Of a stretch of 64,000 bases of DNA, positions 58,431 to 64,000 are shown one piece after another. Position numbers and translations under genes: made by a program. Under the pieces are notes generated by a model. That model was not told the DNA's origin, searched no databases, and saw nothing but the letters and a program-made list of their open reading frames with translations. Where the stretch lies: contig JAOATY010000045.1 of NCBI GenBank assembly GCA_030157865.1, forward strand, positions 30,584-94,583, written 5' to 3'. The stretch's first letter is position 1. The number at the start of each line of letters is the position of its first letter. This DNA is from Candidatus Nanopelagicales bacterium. GTDB taxonomy: Bacteria > Actinomycetota > Actinomycetes > S36-B12 > UBA5976.

Positions 58431-60272
58431 TTATTCAACAGTGACGCTCTTAGCTAAGTTTCTTGGCTGATCAACGTCATAGCCCTTAACAGTTGCCATC
58501 TCACAAGAGAAAATCTGCAATGGAACTGTGGCGACCAAAGGCTGCATTAATGCAGGGCACTTTGGCAAGCGAATGATGTGATCTGAGAATTCGTTAATGG
58601 ATTCATCGCCCTCTTCGGCCAGCACGATAGTTAGTGCGCCGCGAGCTCGGACTTCCTGAATATTTGAAACGATCTTGTCGTGCAATTCATCGTCTTGAGG
58701 TGGCACGACTACGAATACTGGGATGCCATCTTCAATCAATGCAATAGGACCATGCTTTAGCTCACCAGCAGCAAAGCCTTCTGCGTGCATGTAAGCCAAT
58801 TCCTTGAGCTTCAATGCGCCTTCAAGTGCAACTGGGAAGCCAACACTTCGTCCCAGGAAAAGTACAGATTGCTTATCGATCAATTCTTTGGCAATTGCCT
58901 TAACGCCCTCAGTTGTATCCAGAACTAAGTCGATCATGCTTGGCATGTCACTGAGTTCAAGGGCAACTGTGGCTGCGTCTTTGCCGTAACCGGTTCCCCG
59001 AGTTTGGGCTAAGTACATTGCAAATAGGTAGCAGGCAACAATTTGAGTTAGGAACGCCTTGGTCGAAGCAACCGCAATTTCAGGTCCAGCGTGCGTGTAG
59101 ATAACTGCATCGCTTTCGCGTGGAATTGTTGAACCGTTGCTATTGCAGATGGCTAATACTTTTGCGCCTTGTTCGCGGGCGTAACGCATGGCCATCAAAG
59201 TGTCCATGGTTTCGCCAGACTGGCTGATCGCAACTACCAAAGTGGTTGGAGTCAAAATTGGATCACGGTATCTAAACTCACTTGCCAACTCGACTTCACA
59301 TGGAATCCGAGTCCAGTGTTCGATCGCATACTTGGCAATCAAGCCTGAGTGATAAGCCGTGCCACATGCAGTGATGATGATTTTGTCGATGGTCTTAAGG
59401 AAGGCATCGTCTAGACCTAAATCAGCAAGGGTAACTTTTCCTGACTTATCAATCCGGCCCAGCAAAGTGTCAGCCACAGCTTTTGGCTGTTCGGCAATTT
59501 CCTTGAGCATGAACAAGTCAAAGCCACCCTTTTCAGCAGCAGCTGCATCCCAAGTAACTTCGTATTCAGTGAATTCAGCTGGCTTGCCATAAAAGTCTGT
59601 TACTTCAATTGAATTAGGAGTGATCTCAACGATTTGATCCTGTCCAAGTTCAATTGCGTTACGAGTGTGTGCAATAAATGCAGCCACATCTGAAGCCAGG
59701 AAGTTCTCGCCATCTCCGCGCCCAACAACTAGTGGCGAATTTCGGCGGGCAGCAACGACAACATCTGGGGTGTCAGCGTGAACAACCACCAAAGTGAATG
59801 CACCAGTAAGAACCTGGCAAACTTCGCGAAGTGCATCAGCAAGTCCAGGTGTGGATTTCATTTGCTTAGAAAGTAAGTGAGCCACAACTTCGGTATCAGT
59901 TTGGCTGCGAAGTGTGACGCCTTCAGCAATTAACTTGTCGCGAAGCATTGCAAAGTTTTCAATAATGCCGTTATGGATAACTGCGATAGTTCCATCTTCG
60001 CTTACGTGCGGATGGGCGTTTACATCGTTTGGAGCACCATGTGTAGCCCAGCGGGTGTGGCCGATTCCGGTATGTGATGGCGAGATTGGGCTATCTACTA
60101 ACTCAGCTTCCAGGTTGGCTAGCTTGCCAGCCTTCTTGCGAGTTTGGATTGCCTGATCGGAAACAATTGCGATACCAGCCGAGTCATAGCCTCGGTATTC
60201 CAATCGGCGCAGACCTTCAATGACTACATTTTGGGCTTGTTGCGGGCCGACATATCCAACGATTCCGCACAT
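58431..60272 (-). CDS. glmS: Glutamine--fructose-6-phosphate aminotransferase
   Basis: MCGIVGY N-terminal nucleophile, two SIS domains, C-terminal KSVTVE. Confidence 0.97.
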   Translation of the reverse strand: MCGIVGYVGPQQAQNVVIEGLRRLEYRGYDSAGIAIVSDQAIQTRKKAGKLANLEAELVDSPISPSHTGIGHTRWATHGAPNDVNAHPHVSEDGTIAVIHNGIIENFAMLRDKLIAEGVTLRSQTDTEVVAHLLSKQMKSTPGLADALREVCQVLTGAFTLVVVHADTPDVVVAARRNSPLVVGRGDGENFLASDVAAFIAHTRNAIELGQDQIVEITPNSIEVTDFYGKPAEFTEYEVTWDAAAAEKGGFDLFMLKEIAEQPKAVADTLLGRIDKSGKVTLADLGLDDAFLKTIDKIIITACGTAYHSGLIAKYAIEHWTRIPCEVELASEFRYRDPILTPTTLVVAISQSGETMDTLMAMRYAREQGAKVLAICNSNGSTIPRESDAVIYTHAGPEIAVASTKAFLTQIVACYLFAMYLAQTRGTGYGKDAATVALELSDMPSMIDLVLDTTEGVKAIAKELIDKQSVLFLGRSVGFPVALEGALKLKELAYMHAEGFAAGELKHGPIALIEDGIPVFVVVPPQDDELHDKIVSNIQEVRARGALTIVLAEEGDESINEFSDHIIRLPKCPALMQPLVATVPLQIFSCEMATVKGYDVDQPRNLAKSVTVE

Positions 60273-60288
60273 ACCTTGAGTCTATCTA

Positions 60289-61647
60289 TTAGCTAAGGGC
60301 GCAGTGGGTAGCGACCACGTCAGCAAGTTCTTGAGCAACTTTCTGAGCTTGATCAGCCGTGGCAGCCTCAACCATTACTCGAATCAATGGTTCAGTTCCG
60401 CTTGGACGCAACAGAATACGTCCAGTGCTACCTAGTTCTTGCTCCAATTTTGCAACGGCTTCCGAAACTTCCGATTTCGAAATGGCGCCCTTGTCTACAT
60501 TAGGAACGTTAATCAAAACCTGTGGCAAGCGATTAACTATCGCTGCAAGTTCTGACATTGATTTTCCAGTTGCCTTCATTTCTGACATCAAATGAAGTGC
60601 GGTAAGCACGCCATCACCGGTAGTTGCGAATTCACTTAGAACTACGTGGCCACTTTGCTCGCCACCGATCGTAAATCCACCGGTACGCATTTCTTCAAGT
60701 ACGTAACGGTCGCCAACTGCTGCTGCAATTACTTCAATCTCAAGTTCTTTCATCGCAATGTTGAATCCCAAGTTGGACATCACAGTTGCAACAACAGTGT
60801 TTCCAACTAATGCGCCACGACTCTTGCGGCCAGATGCCAAGATCGCAAGGATCTGATCGCCATCGACAAAGTTTCCATCAGCATCGACTGCAAGGCAGCG
60901 ATCTGCATCGCCGTCATGTGCGATACCAAGATCTGCGCCATGCTTTACGACGGCAGCAAACAAATCATCCATGTGGGTTGATCCGCAGTTTTCATTAATG
61001 TTCAATCCGTTAGGTTCACAGTGAATTGAAATAACCTGTGCGCCTGCACGGCGAAGTGCTTCTGGCCCAACTAGCGATGCTGATCCATTGGCGCCATCAA
61101 CAACAACAGTTAAACCTTCAAGGGAATTAGAAATACTGGAGTTCAAATGGTGCAGGTATTTTTCAACAAGATCGTGTTCACTGCGGATTCGGCCAACACC
61201 AGCGCCAGTTGGGAGTTCGCTAACTACATCCAGGTGAGCTTCGATGGCATCCTCGATAGTGTCATCTAGTTTCACACCGCCACGGGCAAAGAACTTAATT
61301 CCGTTATCTGGCATTGCGTTGTGTGATGCCGAAAGCATCACGCCTAAGTCAGCACCGGTTAGATCAGTTAGGAATGCAACTGCCGGTGTTGGAAGGATGC
61401 CTACATCGATTACATCAACGCCAGCGCTAGCTAAGCCTGCGCTAATTGCTGATTGCAAGAATTCGCCACTGGCACGAGGATCGCGACCAACAACTGCGAA
61501 TGGGCGATCTGATTTATGTGAAGAAAACTCGCCGCGCTCGCCTAAAACTTGCGCAGCAGCAACACCGAGATTTGTAGCTAACTCAGCTGTTAAAAGACCG
61601 TTCGCTAAACCACGAACGCCATCGGTGCCAAAAAGTCGGCCCGACAT
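60289..61647 (-). CDS. glmM: Phosphoglucosamine mutase
   Basis: SASHNAMPDNGIKF phosphoserine loop. Confidence 0.95.
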   Translation of the reverse strand: MSGRLFGTDGVRGLANGLLTAELATNLGVAAAQVLGERGEFSSHKSDRPFAVVGRDPRASGEFLQSAISAGLASAGVDVIDVGILPTPAVAFLTDLTGADLGVMLSASHNAMPDNGIKFFARGGVKLDDTIEDAIEAHLDVVSELPTGAGVGRIRSEHDLVEKYLHHLNSSISNSLEGLTVVVDGANGSASLVGPEALRRAGAQVISIHCEPNGLNINENCGSTHMDDLFAAVVKHGADLGIAHDGDADRCLAVDADGNFVDGDQILAILASGRKSRGALVGNTVVATVMSNLGFNIAMKELEIEVIAAAVGDRYVLEEMRTGGFTIGGEQSGHVVLSEFATTGDGVLTALHLMSEMKATGKSMSELAAIVNRLPQVLINVPNVDKGAISKSEVSEAVAKLEQELGSTGRILLRPSGTEPLIRVMVEAATADQAQKVAQELADVVATHCALS

Positions 61648-61650
61648 GAT

Positions 61651-62160
61651 TTAACGCTTGGAGTATTGCGGAGCCTTACGAGCCTTCTTCAGACCGTACT
61701 TCTTACGTTCCTTGATGCGTGCATCACGAGTTAGGAAGCCGGCCTTCTTTAGGTCACCGCGGTTACCTTCAACATCGATTGCGTTCAAGCAACGAGCAAC
61801 GCCAAGACGCAATGCGCCAGCCTGTCCGGAGATTCCGCCACCATCGATGCGAGCGATTACGTCGTAAGCGCCTTCGAAGTTAAGAGTCTTGAATGGGTCG
61901 TTAACAAGCTGCTGGTGCACCTTGTTTGGGAAGTAATCCTCAAGCGAGCGACCGTTAATTACCCAACGACCGGTGCCTGGAACGATGCGAACGCGAGCAA
62001 TTGCTTCCTTGCGTCGACCAGTTGCAGCGCCAGGTGTGTCTGGTGCCTTACGTGGTTCGCGAACTGCAGCAGCAGGAGTTTCGGAAGTGTATTCCGTCAA
62101 TTCCACTTCAGCCTCATCGCCAAGGATGGCATCTGTTACGTCTACTTCGTTCTCTGACAT
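61651..62160 (-). CDS. rpsI: 30S ribosomal protein S9
   Basis: C-terminus [12 protein letters not shown]. Acidic N-terminal extension as in Actinobacteria. Confidence 0.95.
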   Translation of the reverse strand: MSENEVDVTDAILGDEAEVELTEYTSETPAAAVREPRKAPDTPGAATGRRKEAIARVRIVPGTGRWVINGRSLEDYFPNKVHQQLVNDPFKTLNFEGAYDVIARIDGGGISGQAGALRLGVARCLNAIDVEGNRGDLKKAGFLTRDARIKERKKYGLKKARKAPQYSKR

Positions 62161-62199
62161 GTTATTTCCCTTCGTAAAAATCTATGTATCCGCGAGCGC

Positions 62200-62643
62200 T
62201 TACTGCGCTACCTGAGAGATCTCGTATGGCTTTGGATTTTGTGCAGCGTGTGGGTGAACATCGCCTGCGTAAACCTTTAGCTTTGTGATTTGAGCATCGC
62301 TGAGCTTGTTATGCGGAAGCATTCCCTTGACGGCCTTTTCAATTGCACGACGTGGGTTTGTTGCTAGCAATTCAACATAGTTAGTCGCACGCAAACCGCC
62401 TGGGAAACCGGAGTGACGGTAATCCATCTTCTGCTCACGCTTCTGGCCGGTAAGTGCAATTTTTTCTGCATTGATAACAATGACGAAGTCGCCAGTGTCA
62501 ACGTGTGGTGCAAAGATTGGCTTGTGCTTGCCGCGCAACAGCACAGCAACTTGTGACGCCAGACGTCCTAAAACAACGTCAGTTGCATCGATTACATGCC
62601 ATTCGCGATTCACATCGCCTGGCTTTGGTGAGTACGTGCGCAC
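62200..62643 (-). CDS. rplM: 50S ribosomal protein L13
   Basis: [21 protein letters not shown]-terminus. Confidence 0.95.
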   Translation of the reverse strand: MRTYSPKPGDVNREWHVIDATDVVLGRLASQVAVLLRGKHKPIFAPHVDTGDFVIVINAEKIALTGQKREQKMDYRHSGFPGGLRATNYVELLATNPRRAIEKAVKGMLPHNKLSDAQITKLKVYAGDVHPHAAQNPKPYEISQVAQ

Positions 62644-62857
62644 AGTGAGCCTTCTTTGTCTAAATAATTGGGGTTTAAATTGCTAGTTTTCCTTATGCCT
62701 AAAGGCACAACGAATCCTTAGATTACCTGTATTTCTGGGCGTGGGTCAAAACGAGGTTGAATCTCTGGGGTAGGCTCAAAGTTAAGAAAACCGCTAAATC
62801 AAGGCATTTTGCCCAAATCTGCCTGGCGGCGACCAAAAAGGGATGTGCTAAAGCCGC

Positions 62858-64000
62858 ATGAAAGTCAGCCGGCGCCCCCTTTACCTGCTCGAAGGGGCCA
62901 ATGCCCTTTCCGGGCTCAGTAACGCAATCGCGATTATTACTATCCCCTGGCTCATCTTTGAGCGCACCGGATCAGCCACTCAGGCTGGCATCGTTGTCGC
63001 GCTTTCCGCCATTCCGGGAATCATAATTTCGCCATTTGTTGGCGCCTTAATTGATCACTACGGTCGCAAGCGAGTTTCGATTGGCTCAGACCTACTCTCA
63101 GCTCTATCGGTCATGCTGTTTCCAATTTGGGATTCCTTGTTCGGTTTAACTTTTGCATCGATTGCAACTTTTGCAGTTCTTGGCGCAGCTTTCGATCCAG
63201 CCGGTTACACCGCACGAAAGTCTTTGATTCCGGATGTCGCCAAAGCAAGCAACACATCAATGGACAAACTTAATTCTTGGCACGAAGCAGTTTTTTCTGG
63301 CGGATGGGCTCTTGGTCCAGCATTGGGTGCGATCGCGATTTCACTTGTTGGTGCAGCAAATTCCATGTGGATTGTTTTCATTGCATTTATCTTGGCAATC
63401 ATTTTGATTTCGATGTTGCATGTTGGTGACCTTGGCCTAGAACATCGTGAAGAGATAAACGATCAAGAAAAGTTTTGGACCAGCACATTACGCGGCTTGC
63501 AAGTACTTAAGTCCGACAAAGCGATGTACTACTTAACGATCTCAATTGTTTTCTTGGCGATGGTTTATCTACCCACAGAATCTGTCGTATTACCGAAATA
63601 CTTCTCTGACATTAATGACCCACGTGGACTTGGATATGTTTTGTCATCCATGGCACTTGGTGGCATTGCATCGATGCTTGCTTATCCACGTTTAGTTAAG
63701 CGATTCAAGAAGCGCACGATCGTGATTGGTGCACTTGCAGCTACTTCAATTGCAATGATTCCGATGACATTCTTCCCGCCAATTGGATTGTTCGTGTTAT
63801 CTGGATTCTTGCTTGGACTTGGTTGGGGTCCGATGAATCCCTTAATGAACTCTTTAGTTCAACAACGCGTAGCTCCACACATTCAAGGCCGAGTATTTGG
63901 CGTACAAACTTCCTTGTTCTATGCAAGTGGTCCAATCGGAATGTTTGTCACAGGAATAAGCGTGGATGCTTTTGGCGTCCGTCCGGTCTACATTGCTGCT
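62858..64000 (+). CDS. MFS transporter (3' end outside window)
   Basis: Not in the ORF track because no stop is reached. My hand translation from ATG 62858 gives MKVSRRPLYLLEGANALSGLSNAIAIITIPWLIFERTGSATQAGIVVALSAIPGIIISPFVGALIDHYGRKRV.., a typical MFS_3/EntS-like N-terminus. Confidence 0.75.
   Translation, partial: MKVSRRPLYLLEGANALSGLSNAIAIITIPWLIFERTGSATQAGIVVALSAIPGIIISPFVGALIDHYGRKRVSIGSDLLSALSVMLFPIWDSLFGLTFASIATFAVLGAAFDPAGYTARKSLIPDVAKASNTSMDKLNSWHEAVFSGGWALGPALGAIAISLVGAANSMWIVFIAFILAIILISMLHVGDLGLEHREEINDQEKFWTSTLRGLQVLKSDKAMYYLTISIVFLAMVYLPTESVVLPKYFSDINDPRGLGYVLSSMALGGIASMLAYPRLVKRFKKRTIVIGALAATSIAMIPMTFFPPIGLFVLSGFLLGLGWGPMNPLMNSLVQQRVAPHIQGRVFGVQTSLFYASGPIGMFVTGISVDAFGVRPVYIAA

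Noticed and set aside
60273-60288. glmS ribozyme upstream of glmS
   Set aside because: Only 16 nt separate glmM and glmS, which leaves no room for a ribozyme. The element is also not expected in Actinobacteria.

Overview
This 64 kb window looks like a chromosome segment from a streamlined, moderate-GC actinobacterium. The evidence is gene order: rplM-rpsI-glmM-glmS, acpS-alr-tsaE-tsaB-rimI-tsaD, prfB-ftsE-ftsX-M23-smpB, CysO/CysM/Mec, a roughly 1600-aa NAD-GDH, ClpS-DUF2017 and an actinobacterial Tad locus. It also encodes a xanthorhodopsin/actinorhodopsin-type proton pump, which fits a planktonic freshwater or marine lineage; I cannot assign the lineage from sequence alone. I call about 75 CDS, tRNA-Lys(CTT), tRNA-Leu(TAG) and tmRNA (ssrA). 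I saw no rRNA, CRISPR array or transposase. Most of the window is ordinary, tightly packed housekeeping DNA. Five places deserve a second look. (1) The left 3.9 kb is an integrase-bearing island next to tRNA-Lys, with family-less cargo and a 482-aa protein made of six tandem Zn-ribbon modules fused to a GIY-YIG/T5orf172-like domain. (2) Immediately 3' of tRNA-Lys is a dense array of the palindrome GAGTTACTC embedded in about 51-nt direct repeats. (3) Downstream of ssrA are fragments of the ssrA 3' end and tandem CACCTCC repeats, followed by an 8.5 kb amine/gamma-glutamylation catabolic block that separates ssrA from smpB in inverted orientation. (4) Two perfect inverted TTATCCACA (DnaA-box consensus) sites lie upstream of the Tad operon. 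(5) The glmS-acpS spacer is hairpin-rich. All family assignments come from motif recognition by eye. No database search or computation was run, so novelty cannot be established here.
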